28,981 bases of DNA from Burkholderiales bacterium (GCA_036376975.1 DASUZH010000389.1:1-28981); one strand, 5' to 3'; positions 8,501 through 20,653 are shown, numbered from the stretch's first letter. Numbers and translations: made by a program. The notes: generated by a model not told the origin, from the sequence alone.

Positions 8501-8605
8501 CAGGTCGGCGTAGTCTTCGGCCTCCATGGCGTCGGCCAGACGCGTCGAATCCGACAGATCGGAGAAGAGGATCGTGAGGTGGCGCCGGCGCATCCTGCGG
8601 CACAT
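5585..8605 (-). CDS. Class III adenylate/guanylate cyclase - STAND/AAA ATPase - TPR-like repeat protein
   Basis: Cyclase motifs TILFSDLSDST (D16), RIQGDG (D60), GIHAG, LGNAPNIAARL (N135/R139). Walker A AGPGLGKT, Walker B LFIDDWQWAD, GGNPLFIEEL, FKHGITRDVIY, then Ala-rich TPR-like helices. Start is 8605 or 8593. Confidence 0.9.
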   Translation of the reverse strand: MCRRMRRRHLTILFSDLSDSTRLADAMEAEDYADLLGRLRRAYQEVIPKHGGTIVRIQGDGLLAIFGYPDAGENDGRRATETALQLHAVVREFRFERPLPGARLGLHSGIHAGLVLLDEGDLVRGRFELLGNAPNIAARLSDAAEKDEILVSEATLGAESHFFQTGGRQHLEVKGAAEPIGVYRILGRAPATTRFEARARRGLVPLVDRKAEMRALEETLQAAAAGEPAYVALSAGPGLGKTRLADEFLGRAAGKFQVHRGHCESYLNAEPLQPFLQMLRSLCRLERGMSAVLAAEALGRTLRGIDPALERHRGELLRALSLLSGEPDGARATPDNTAAALRDLFAALAASRAIVLFIDDWQWADDATRQVLGAIRRLERCRLMVLLATRGIAAGDAEMSDARVLDLAPFSESEAAETVSALLPSRDPFVVAEIHRYSGGNPLFIEELCHSAAHDSAEHRFGRARGGAAWLNGLIESRVARLPAAQAELLRAAAVIGNVVPAWLLEGMTGRGEHDPLVQGLAEQDFLFPGEAPGWLRFKHGITRDVIYDSVGLHQRRAMHLRIAESLLRHGSGSEAEPFEALAYHYGAGGRHAEAARYAELAGDKAMAAAALDRAQAQYRAALAALDLLEPTEANRRRRSQIVQRFGMACVFDPAKDQLDVLQRAAEFAAGHDDAAGVAGAEYWLGYLNYGLGESRLAIGHCERALAAARRAGDEALGVQITATLGQARAAAGDYAPALAQLDAAIAVRRAHRTGPAIGSAYSLACKASVLGDRGSFAEAHACFDEALDALRGGNKVVEGSVLCWRSAVCLWQGRWEDARQSAAEAEHIAERVKSLYVYGMSRALGAYANWILRGDPQALGTIDAATQWLEARDKRLFISLNYGWLAEGMVAAGRFGEARAHASRALKRARRDDRLGEAMACRALARAAAGGHARRPPERYLALAMQAARDRGARHETAATELCAAEIELARGNRAAALPLLERAMAGFEAMDMAWHLAQAERLRQ

Positions 8606-8613
8606 TTTCCCAT

Positions 8614-8642
8614 TTGTGGTGGCGGAATAATGCGGGTAGACT
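8614..8642 (+). promoter_or_regulatory. Putative sigma70 promoter for the pyrG operon
   Basis: TTGTGG (8614-8619) - 17 nt - TAGACT (8637-8642), 26 nt upstream of the pyrG ATG. Confidence 0.5.
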
Positions 8643-8668
8643 TCGCTATTCCTACACGCGCTAGGTAA

Positions 8669-12704
<4,036 letters not shown>

Positions 12705-12721
<17 letters not shown>

Positions 12722-13235
12722 CCGGGGCCTGGCCCCGATCCTCTGCCTGCTGGCCGGCTGCGCGTCGACCACGACGCTCGACGTCACCGGCTCGCGGCAG
12801 GGCATTCCGCCGCTGTGCCCGCTCGACGAGCGACCCACGCTGCTGGTGCTGTGGAGCACGCAGTGGCGGCCCGACCAGAAGGATCCTGCCGGGCGCGACG
12901 CCGCGGCATGGCAGGGTATCCAGCGCTACTTCTTCCGCTCCCTCTGCAAGGTCGAGATCCGCAACAGCGGTACGGTCCCGGCCGACGCCAAGGCGTTCGG
13001 CCGGGTCGTCCTGCTCACCGTGCGCGAGCTCGGGCCGGTGGTGCGCATCGGCTCGCCGAGCCTGCTCGAAGGAGGCACCGAAGTGGTGATGGACGTGAAG
13101 GCAACCAGCAACGCTACCGGCGCGCAGCTGGCCGACCTGCGCATGCACTGGAAGGACGGCGGGCCGTTCGTCATCAAGGGCACCGCCGGGCTGGCGGAGG
13201 ACATGCAGGAGGCGCTGCGGGCCACGTTCGAGTAA
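12705..13235 (+). CDS. Putative lipoprotein of unknown function; start codon uncertain (no ATG/GTG/TTG before the lipobox)
   Basis: Frame of track ORF 12846-13235 is open back to 12672 and encodes RRSLSRGLAPILCLLAG-C (Cys at 12759-12761), a lipoprotein signal peptide. Coding-like codon use continues to TAA at 13235. Confidence 0.6.
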
Positions 13236-13265
13236 GCTTTGATCCTAGGGAAAGGGAGCCCCTGG

Positions 13266-14453
13266 ATGAACCTGGATCCGCTTAGCTCGTTGTTCGCGGC
13301 CGTGATCGTGCTGCTGATGGGCGCGCTGGTCAACCGCCGGGTGGCGCTTCTCGCCAAGTACAACATCCCCGACCCGATCACCGGCGGCCTGCTGTTCGCC
13401 GCCGTCGCCTCCGTCGTGCTGGCCTTCAGCAGCTTCAAGCTCGGCATCGACCAGACCATCAAGCCGACGCTGCTGCTGATGTTCTTCGCCGGCGTCGGCA
13501 TGTGCGCCGACCTGCGCTCGCTCGGCAAGGGCGGCAAGGCGCTGCTGATCTTCCTGGTGGTGCTGTTCCCCTACATCCTGGTGCAGAACGCGGTCGGCGT
13601 CGCGGTCGCCAAGGGGCTCGACCTGCACCCGATCTTCGGCCTGGTGGCCGGCTCGATCACGCTGGTGGGCGGCCACGGCACCGGCGCCGCCTACGCCGAG
13701 CGCTTCGCCGAGGTGAACAACCTGCAATCGGTGATGGACCTGTCGATGACCATGGCGACCATCGGCCTGATCATCGGCGGCATCATCGCCGGCCCGGTGG
13801 CGCAGTACGTGATCTCGCGCCACAAGCTGCGCTCCGCCGTGACCGAGAAGAACAAGGCGGAGTCCGAGGCGGCGGCGCCGATCACCACGGTGGGCGCCAT
13901 CGGCTCGCTGGCGGGCATCTTCGCCGCCGTGATCGTCGGGCGCTGGCTGGCGGCGAAGTTCGCCGGCGCGCCGGTCACGCTGCCGGCCTTCCTGTGGTGC
14001 ATGATGGTCGGCGTCCTGATCCGCAACCTGATCCCGTTCACCAAAGTCAGGACCGACGACCGCGCCTCCGACCTGATCTCCGGCGTCTGCCTGTCGCTGT
14101 TCCTGGTGATGACGATGATGGCCCTCGACCTGGTCGAGGTGGCGCTCGCCGCCGGGCCGCTGCTGCTGATCATCGCGGTGCAGACCGTGGTCATCGCGCT
14201 GTTCGCCATCTACGTCTGCTTCCGCTTCCTCGGCAAGGACTACGAGGCGGCGGTGACCTCGGCGGCGTTCATCGGCTTCAGCATGGGCTCGACCGCCACC
14301 GCGATGGCCAACATGCAGGCGATCACGTCGAAGTACGGGCCGGCGCCGACCAGCTACCTGATCGTGCCGCTGGCCGGCGCGTTCTTCATCGACCTGATGA
14401 ACGCGTTCCTGCTGACGGCGATCCTCGCGTTGCCGTTCATGGGAGGAGGCTAG
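13266..14453 (+). CDS. gltS: Sodium/glutamate symporter (GltS/ESS family)
   Basis: [11 protein letters not shown] before ATG 13266. KYNIPDPITGGL, GGHGTGAA, GSTATAMANM, SKYGPAP, VPLAGAFFIDLMN; many hydrophobic segments. Confidence 0.9.
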   Translation: MNLDPLSSLFAAVIVLLMGALVNRRVALLAKYNIPDPITGGLLFAAVASVVLAFSSFKLGIDQTIKPTLLLMFFAGVGMCADLRSLGKGGKALLIFLVVLFPYILVQNAVGVAVAKGLDLHPIFGLVAGSITLVGGHGTGAAYAERFAEVNNLQSVMDLSMTMATIGLIIGGIIAGPVAQYVISRHKLRSAVTEKNKAESEAAAPITTVGAIGSLAGIFAAVIVGRWLAAKFAGAPVTLPAFLWCMMVGVLIRNLIPFTKVRTDDRASDLISGVCLSLFLVMTMMALDLVEVALAAGPLLLIIAVQTVVIALFAIYVCFRFLGKDYEAAVTSAAFIGFSMGSTATAMANMQAITSKYGPAPTSYLIVPLAGAFFIDLMNAFLLTAILALPFMGGG

Positions 14454-14455
14454 CC

Positions 14456-15925
14456 ATGCGCTGCCTGATCGCGTTGCTGGCGTGCCTTGCCGTCGCCGGC
14501 TGCGGCGGCGGCCCGGACACCGAGGCGCTGAGGAAGGGCGTCGAGGAGCGCATCGCCCAGGCGCTGCCGGGCGATACCGTCACGCTCGCCGGCCTCGAGC
14601 GGCGCGGCTCGCAGTCGGACACCAAGGCGCCCGCGGGCGAGACGCGGCGCATCATCTACTTCGACGCCGACCTCAAGCTGGCGAAGGACTTCGACTTCGG
14701 CTCCTGGGACTCGCCCGGGGTGGCCGGCCTGCTGTCGGCGCTCGGCGCCGGGCCGAAGGGCGTCACCGGCGTCACCACCGGCGGCAACAAGGCGGGGGAC
14801 GTGGTGCGCGCGCACGGCACCGCCCTTTACAAGCGCGAAGGCAGCGGCTGGGTCGCAGTCGCCACCGGCGGCTTCCGGCCTGCTTCCGCACCCGCATACG
14901 CGACCAACTCGCCGCAGGGCGTGGCCGCTTCGCTCGAGTCGATGCGCAAGATCGTCGACTCGGTGATGCGCGACGGCGCCCCGGCGCAGCAGGCGATCAT
15001 CCAGGAGGAGCTGGTCGCGGCCGGCGCGGTGATCCGCGCCCGCCTCGCGCGGACGCAGGAAGGCTACGCCTTCGCCGCCGGTCCGGAGAACGGCCAGTAC
15101 CTGCGCTTCGCCCAGGCGGTTTCCGACACCACCAGGACGCGCACGGTAGCCCTGGTCACGCGCGGCGGCGAGGAGAACATCCGCATGCTGCGCGAGGGCA
15201 AGGTGCCGCTCGCCCTGGCGCAGGCGGACGTCGCGCTGCACGCCTATGAGGGCAGGGGCAACTTCACCGGGGAAGGCCCGTATTCCTCGCTGCGCACGTT
15301 CGGCAGCCTGTACCCCGAGCCGGTGCACGTGCTCGCCCGCGCTGATGCGGGCATCCAGACGGCGTCGGATCTCGCCGGCAAGCGCGTCGCCATCGGCGTC
15401 AAGGGCTCGGCGTCGAGGACCACCGCGCTGCGCGTGCTGCAGGCGCACGGCATCAAGGCCGAGGAGCACCTGATGGTCGAGGTGCCGCTCGGCGAAGCGC
15501 TGGTCGGCCTGCGCCAGAAGAGAGTCGATGCGGTGATCCAGATCATCGGCATGCCGGCGGACAGCGTGCGCGACGCGCTCGACGAGATCCCGCTGCGCCT
15601 GGTGCCGCTCGAGCCCAAGGCGATCGCCGCGCTCGCCGCCGCCAAGGCGGGCTACTTCGCCTTCACCATTCCCGCGGGCGCCTACGCCACGCAGAAGGAG
15701 CCGGTGCGCACCATCGCCACCGCGGCGCTGCTGCTCGGCGGCAGCGGCCTGTCCGAGACCGAGATCGCCGCCATCGTGCGCTTCGTCTACCAGGGCGGCC
15801 GCGATTTCGTCGCGCGCGGCAGCGCGCAGGGCGTGCAGGTCGCGCCGAAGAACGCGCGCCTGGGGCTATCGGTGCCGCTGCACACCGTCGCCGGCAGGAC
15901 GCTCGACGAGCTGGCGAAAAAGTAG
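14456..15925 (+). CDS. TAXI-family solute-binding lipoprotein with an about 185-aa N-terminal extra domain (489 aa)
   Basis: RBS GGAGGAGG. Lipobox LAVAG-C16. TAXI motifs from aa 203: AAGPENGQY, GGEENIRML, ALAQADV, LYPEPVHVLAR, DLAGKRVAIG. The track's 13502 start is a spurious extension. Confidence 0.82.
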   Translation: MRCLIALLACLAVAGCGGGPDTEALRKGVEERIAQALPGDTVTLAGLERRGSQSDTKAPAGETRRIIYFDADLKLAKDFDFGSWDSPGVAGLLSALGAGPKGVTGVTTGGNKAGDVVRAHGTALYKREGSGWVAVATGGFRPASAPAYATNSPQGVAASLESMRKIVDSVMRDGAPAQQAIIQEELVAAGAVIRARLARTQEGYAFAAGPENGQYLRFAQAVSDTTRTRTVALVTRGGEENIRMLREGKVPLALAQADVALHAYEGRGNFTGEGPYSSLRTFGSLYPEPVHVLARADAGIQTASDLAGKRVAIGVKGSASRTTALRVLQAHGIKAEEHLMVEVPLGEALVGLRQKRVDAVIQIIGMPADSVRDALDEIPLRLVPLEPKAIAALAAAKAGYFAFTIPAGAYATQKEPVRTIATAALLLGGSGLSETEIAAIVRFVYQGGRDFVARGSAQGVQVAPKNARLGLSVPLHTVAGRTLDELAKK

Positions 15926-15929
15926 GTCG

Positions 15930-16352
15930 ATGACCGCGGCGCGCGCCCTGCTCGTGGTGCTGATCGCCGCGGGCTGCGCGCAGGCGCCGAGTCGGCCCGC
16001 CGGCGAAGGCCTGGTCGGCCCAGTTTGGCAGCTGGTGCGATTCACGGGCGGCGACGACCGGGTCCTCACGCCGGTGGATCGCAGGAGCTACACCCTGCAG
16101 TTCGGCGCCGACGGCCGCGTCAGCGCGCGCATCGACTGCAACCGCGGCAGCGGCACCTACAAGACCACCGGCACGAGCGGGCTCGAGTTCGGGCAGATGG
16201 CCATCACGCGCGCGATGTGCCCGCCGGGGTCGATGCACGATCACGTCGTCAGGCAGCTGCCCCACATCAAGTCGTTTGTCATCAAGGACGGACGCCTTTA
16301 TCTTTCCCTCATGGCGGATGGCGGGACCTACGAGTTTGAGCCGGCGCGCTAA
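15930..16352 (+). CDS. META (HslJ-like) domain lipoprotein
   Basis: Lipobox IAAG-C. WQLVRF, YTLQF, DCNRGSGTY, ITRAMCP (META Cys pair). Confidence 0.85.
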   Translation: MTAARALLVVLIAAGCAQAPSRPAGEGLVGPVWQLVRFTGGDDRVLTPVDRRSYTLQFGADGRVSARIDCNRGSGTYKTTGTSGLEFGQMAITRAMCPPGSMHDHVVRQLPHIKSFVIKDGRLYLSLMADGGTYEFEPAR

Positions 16353-19188
16353 GGCCGCGATCGTCCTCGCCGTCCTGCTCGTCGCGTACGGGGCGGCCGG
16401 CAGTTACTTCGTGCCGCGCATCGCCCGCACGCAGGCCGAGGCTTTCGTCGCCGAGACCTTGCAGCGCCGGATCAGCATAGGCGAGATCCGCTTCAACCCG
16501 TTCACCCTGGCGATCGAGATCTCCGACCTCAAGCTGACGGAGGCCGACGGCGCGCCGCTGGCGGCGTTCCGCAGCCTGTACGTCAACGCCGAGCTCGCGT
16601 CGCTGTGGCGGCGCGGCGTGGTGCTGAAGGAGGTCGCGCTCGCCGCGCCCGACGTCGAGCTGATCATCGCCCCCGACGGCAGCCTCAACCTGGCGCACCT
16701 CGCGCCGCCTGCGCCGCCGCAACCGGCCGAGAAGAAGGACGACGCGCCGCTGCGCGTGCACATCGGCAGCTTGTCGGTCACCGAGGGGCGCATCGGCTTC
16801 CAGGACCGCTCGCTCGCGCAGCCGTTCAGCGCCGCCTTCACGCCGATCCGCTTCTCGCTCGCCGACTTCCGCACCGACCTCGGCCATCGCACCACCCACA
16901 GCTTCAGCGCCACCAGCCGGATCGGCGCCCGCTTCGACTGGTCGGGCGGATTCACCGTGCGGCCGTTCGGCGCCGGCGGCACCTTCAGCGTCACCGACCT
17001 GCGCCTTGCGGCTCTCAACGAGTACGTTGAGGGAAAGCTGCCGGTCGAGCTCGTTTCGGGCAACGCGCAGCTGCGCGGCGAGTACCGCTTCGACCTGCAG
17101 CCGCTCGCGCTCGAAGTGGCGCTGCCGCTGATCGGCGTGCGCGACCTGGTGCTCGCCGAGCGCGGCGTGTCCGGGGCGCCGCCGATCACCGTGCCGGAGA
17201 TCGACGCCGAGCAACTCAGGTTTTCGCTCACGCAGCGCGACGTCGGGCTGAGGCGGTTGACCCTGCGCGGCGCGCGCGTCGAGGTTGCCCGCGACGCCGA
17301 CGGCAGCCTGAACCTCGCGCGCCTGTTTACACCGACGGCGCAGCAGACGCCGCCGGCGGCTCCCGCCGCACCGGTCGGCGCCCCCGCCGGCGGGGCGGCC
17401 AAGCCCTGGACCGTGCATGTCGACGCGGCAACCCTCGAAGGCGCGACCGTGCTGACAGAGGACCGCACGCTGTCGCCCGCCGCCCGGGTCAGCCATTCAC
17501 CGGTGGACGTCGCCATCAGCGGCTGGAGCACCGCGCCGGGCTCGCGCATGAAGTTCGAGGCGAAGCACGGGATCGAAAAGCACGGACAGCTCACCGCCGC
17601 CGGCGACCTGCGCCTGGAGCCTTTCGACCTCAACGTCGCCGTCGACCTGCAGCGGTTTCCGCTTCCCGTGCTGCAGCCATACCTCTCGCAGGCGACCGCG
17701 CTCACGCTGCGCTCCGGCGACCTGAGCGTGAAGGGCAGCTATGCGCTCGCCGCGCCGCGGCCGGGGGCATCGCTCGCGTCGAAGGCGTCGGGGGAAATGA
17801 GGGTCGACAACCTGCTCGCCACCGACGACGTCGTGAAGGAGGACCTCCTCAAGTGGCGCTCGCTGGTTTTCGGCGGCATCCGGTTCGAGCAGGGCCCGGA
17901 CCGGCTGCGCATCGACCGCATCGTGGCGCAGGAGCCCTACGCGCGGATCGTGATCGCGCAGAACGGCACCACCAACATCGGCCGCGTCCTGGAGCGGCGC
18001 GCCGGCGCCGGCGCGCCGGCGAAAGCGGGGACCGGGAAGCCCGCCGGCGAGCGCATGCCGATCACGATCCGCACGGTGCAGATGGCCGGCGGCTCGGCGC
18101 ACTTCGCCGACTATTCGATCCAGCCCTCGTTCGCCACCGGCATCGTCGACCTGAACGGCCAGGTGAGCGGGCTGTCGTCGGCGCCGCAATCGCGCGCCAA
18201 GGTCGCGCTGAGCGGGAAAGTGGACGAATTCTCCCCGGTAAGCGTGTCGGGCGAAGTCAACCTGCTCTCGACGGCCACCTACTCCGACCTCGCACTGAGC
18301 TTCCGCAACATCGAGCTCACCAGCTTCAACCCGTATTCGGGCAAGTTCGCCGGCTACAACATCGCCAAGGGCAAGCTTTCGACGGAGATGAAGTACCGCG
18401 TCGACAACCGCAAGCTCGACGCCAAGCACCACATCGTGATCGACAACCTCGAGTTCGGCGAGGCGACCGATTCCAAGGACGCGGCGCCGATCCCGATCAA
18501 GTTCGGCGTGGCGCTGCTGAAGGACAAGAACGGCATCATCGACCTCGACCTGCCGATCGGCGGCACGCTCGACGACCCCGAGTTCCGCCTGGCGCCGATC
18601 ATCTGGAAGGCCCTCGTCAACCTGCTGAGCAAGCTGGTCACCGCGCCGTTCAGGGCCCTGGCCGGCGGCAGCGACGACCTCGCGTTCGTCGACTTCGAGC
18701 CGGCTTCGCCCGCGCTGCGCGAGCCCGACCGCGGCAAGCTCGGCACCCTGTCGAAGGCGCTGGTGGAGCGCCCGCAGCTGCGGCTCAACGTGCCGTTCAC
18801 GCTCGCGCCGGCCGCCGACTCCAGCGCAGCCGCCGCGCAGGCGCTCAACGCGCTGGTGCCGCGCGCTCCCGGACCGCTCGACGAGGCCGCCAAGCGCAAG
18901 CGCATCCAGGCGCTGGAGGCGGCCTATCGTGCCCAGCTGAAGGCCGAGCCGAAGATCGTGGAGGAGAACCTGGACGTCCGCATCGAGCGGCTGCAGGCCG
19001 CGCTGCTCGAGCACCTCAAGCCGCCGCCCGCGGCGCTCGAGGAGCTCGCGCGCCAGCGCGCCCAGGCGGTGCGCGCCGCGCTCCTGGCGAACAAGGAACT
19101 GAACCCCGAGAGGGTATTCATGGTGTCGCAGCCGGGCGAGCCCGCGCTGGCGGACGGCCGGGTGCGCATGGAGATGAAGCTCGAGTGA
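16318..19188 (+). CDS. DUF748-repeat (AsmA-like) inner-membrane-anchored protein with OmpA-like C-terminal segment
   Basis: N-terminal TM, GEIRFNPFTL, repeated GSLNLAxL, NPYSGKFAGYNIAKGKL, ALLKDKNGIIDLDLPIGGTLDDPEF, LARQRAQAVRAAL. Start is 16318 (ATG) or 16336 (TTG). Confidence 0.85.
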   Translation: MAGPTSLSRRAKAAIVLAVLLVAYGAAGSYFVPRIARTQAEAFVAETLQRRISIGEIRFNPFTLAIEISDLKLTEADGAPLAAFRSLYVNAELASLWRRGVVLKEVALAAPDVELIIAPDGSLNLAHLAPPAPPQPAEKKDDAPLRVHIGSLSVTEGRIGFQDRSLAQPFSAAFTPIRFSLADFRTDLGHRTTHSFSATSRIGARFDWSGGFTVRPFGAGGTFSVTDLRLAALNEYVEGKLPVELVSGNAQLRGEYRFDLQPLALEVALPLIGVRDLVLAERGVSGAPPITVPEIDAEQLRFSLTQRDVGLRRLTLRGARVEVARDADGSLNLARLFTPTAQQTPPAAPAAPVGAPAGGAAKPWTVHVDAATLEGATVLTEDRTLSPAARVSHSPVDVAISGWSTAPGSRMKFEAKHGIEKHGQLTAAGDLRLEPFDLNVAVDLQRFPLPVLQPYLSQATALTLRSGDLSVKGSYALAAPRPGASLASKASGEMRVDNLLATDDVVKEDLLKWRSLVFGGIRFEQGPDRLRIDRIVAQEPYARIVIAQNGTTNIGRVLERRAGAGAPAKAGTGKPAGERMPITIRTVQMAGGSAHFADYSIQPSFATGIVDLNGQVSGLSSAPQSRAKVALSGKVDEFSPVSVSGEVNLLSTATYSDLALSFRNIELTSFNPYSGKFAGYNIAKGKLSTEMKYRVDNRKLDAKHHIVIDNLEFGEATDSKDAAPIPIKFGVALLKDKNGIIDLDLPIGGTLDDPEFRLAPIIWKALVNLLSKLVTAPFRALAGGSDDLAFVDFEPASPALREPDRGKLGTLSKALVERPQLRLNVPFTLAPAADSSAAAAQALNALVPRAPGPLDEAAKRKRIQALEAAYRAQLKAEPKIVEENLDVRIERLQAALLEHLKPPPAALEELARQRAQAVRAALLANKELNPERVFMVSQPGEPALADGRVRMEMKLE

Positions 19189-19586
19189 GGTTGCCGCCCG
19201 CTCTTCTCCTGCTCGCGGCCTGCGCGACGATCGGAGGCGCGGGGCTCGAGAACACCTACTGGAAGCTGGTCGGCCTTGAAGGCACGCCGCTGGCGCCGAC
19301 GCAGCGCGAGGCGCACATCATCCTGCGCCCGGCGGAGCGGCGTGTCAGCGGCTCGGGCGGCTGCAACGGCATCGGCGGCGGCTACAAGCTGGACGGCGAT
19401 CGGCTGTCGTTCGGGCAGATGATCCGCACCATGATGGCCTGCCCGACGGGCATGGACATCGAGAGTGCCTTCCTGGCCGCGCTCGGCAAGACGCGCATCG
19501 CCAAAGTGTCCGGGCAGGAGCTGACCCTTCTCGATGCCGAGGGGAGGCCGCTCGCCCGCTTCGAGGCTCAGCCCGGCAGCAGGTAG
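19185..19586 (+). CDS. Second META (HslJ-like) domain lipoprotein (133 aa)
   Basis: GTGA overlap with the DUF748 stop. Lipobox LLAA-C. LENTYWKLV, SGSGGCNGIGGGY, TMMACP. Confidence 0.87.
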   Translation: MRLPPALLLLAACATIGGAGLENTYWKLVGLEGTPLAPTQREAHIILRPAERRVSGSGGCNGIGGGYKLDGDRLSFGQMIRTMMACPTGMDIESAFLAALGKTRIAKVSGQELTLLDAEGRPLARFEAQPGSR

Positions 19587-20653
19587 AGGGTGATGGCGAA
19601 CACCAGGTAGACGGCGAGCAGCTGCACGCCGGTGAACCAGCCGGACTTGCCGGAATTCGCCACCATCGCTACGGTAAACATGGCTATGAACACAGCGACC
19701 ACCTGGCGGGGGCTGAACGTCAGGTCCATCGGCGCCGGCCCGACGAAATGGCTGGCGAGCGCGACCACCGGCGCGACGAACAGCGCCATCTGTGCCGCGC
19801 TGCCGATCGCGATGCCGACGCTCATGTCAAGGCGGTTGCTGCGTGCCGCCTTGCACGCGATGATCGATTCCGCCGCGCCGCCGACCAGCGCCACGACGAC
19901 GAAACCGACGAAGGCCCGCGACATACCGAGCTGCTCGGCCGCGTGCTGCACCGATTCGACGAACACATGGCTCACCATGGCGACCAGGACAGTGGCGATC
20001 GCGATCGCCCCGATGGCGACCGGCATCGGCCAGGGCTTCCCGCCTTCCGCGTGGTGCGCTTTGCTGCCGAAGGCGTCGCGGTGCGTGCCGAGGGAGAAAA
20101 CCAGCCCCAACGCATAGCTCACGATGAGCAGGATCGACAGGCCGACGCTGAGGTTCAGCAGATACGGCGTCGCCTTGAGCTGCTCGACATCGGCGAGAGC
20201 CGACGGCACCAGCAGCGTGACGGTGGCGAGCAACAGCATCGCGACCTGCAGGCGCGCCGTCGAGGCGTTGTATTCCTGTAGGTGGTGGCGCAGGCCGCCG
20301 AGCAGGAACGACATCCCAAGCACGAACAGCAGCTTGGCGACGATCACCCCGGCGATCGACGCCTTCACCAGGTCGATCATTCCCATGCGCAGTGCGGTGA
20401 CGGAGATCACCAGCTCGGTCAGGTTGCCAAGGCTGGCGTTGAGCAGACCGCCGACGGTGTCCCCGGTCTTGGCGGCGACCGCTTCGGTGCCGCGGCTGAG
20501 GAGGACGGCGAGCGGCACGATCGCCACCATGGAGAGCAGGAAGAGCAGGGTGTGCGCCTGCGGGACGGCGTGCCCGGCGATGATCACCACCGGCGCCATC
20601 ACGAGCAGCCACAAGATGGGCTCGCGCTTGAGTTCCCGCAGTATCCACTTCAT
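19568..20653 (-). CDS. cax: Ca2+/H+ exchanger (CaCA/CAX family)
   Basis: GGLLNASLGNLTELVI (alpha-1), LVGGAAES (alpha-2), NRLDMSVGIAIGSAAQMALFVAP, SGWFTGVQLLAVY. ATG at 20653 preferred (GGGGG upstream) over the track's TTG at 20677. Confidence 0.9.
   Translation of the reverse strand: MKWILRELKREPILWLLVMAPVVIIAGHAVPQAHTLLFLLSMVAIVPLAVLLSRGTEAVAAKTGDTVGGLLNASLGNLTELVISVTALRMGMIDLVKASIAGVIVAKLLFVLGMSFLLGGLRHHLQEYNASTARLQVAMLLLATVTLLVPSALADVEQLKATPYLLNLSVGLSILLIVSYALGLVFSLGTHRDAFGSKAHHAEGGKPWPMPVAIGAIAIATVLVAMVSHVFVESVQHAAEQLGMSRAFVGFVVVALVGGAAESIIACKAARSNRLDMSVGIAIGSAAQMALFVAPVVALASHFVGPAPMDLTFSPRQVVAVFIAMFTVAMVANSGKSGWFTGVQLLAVYLVFAITLYLLPG

Noticed and set aside
5585-8605. Cyclase-STAND as an anti-phage system (Pycsar or Avs-like)
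   Set aside because: No adjacent TIR, nuclease or TM effector with a cNMP domain; the neighbouring cNMP receptor is a DNA-binding Crp, and codon usage is host-like. Regulatory role preferred.
5738-8668. 976-aa plus-strand ORF antisense to the cyclase, and similar long antisense ORFs over pyrG, eno, DUF748 and the dioxygenase/SAF genes
   Set aside because: Antisense shadows with no recognisable domains.
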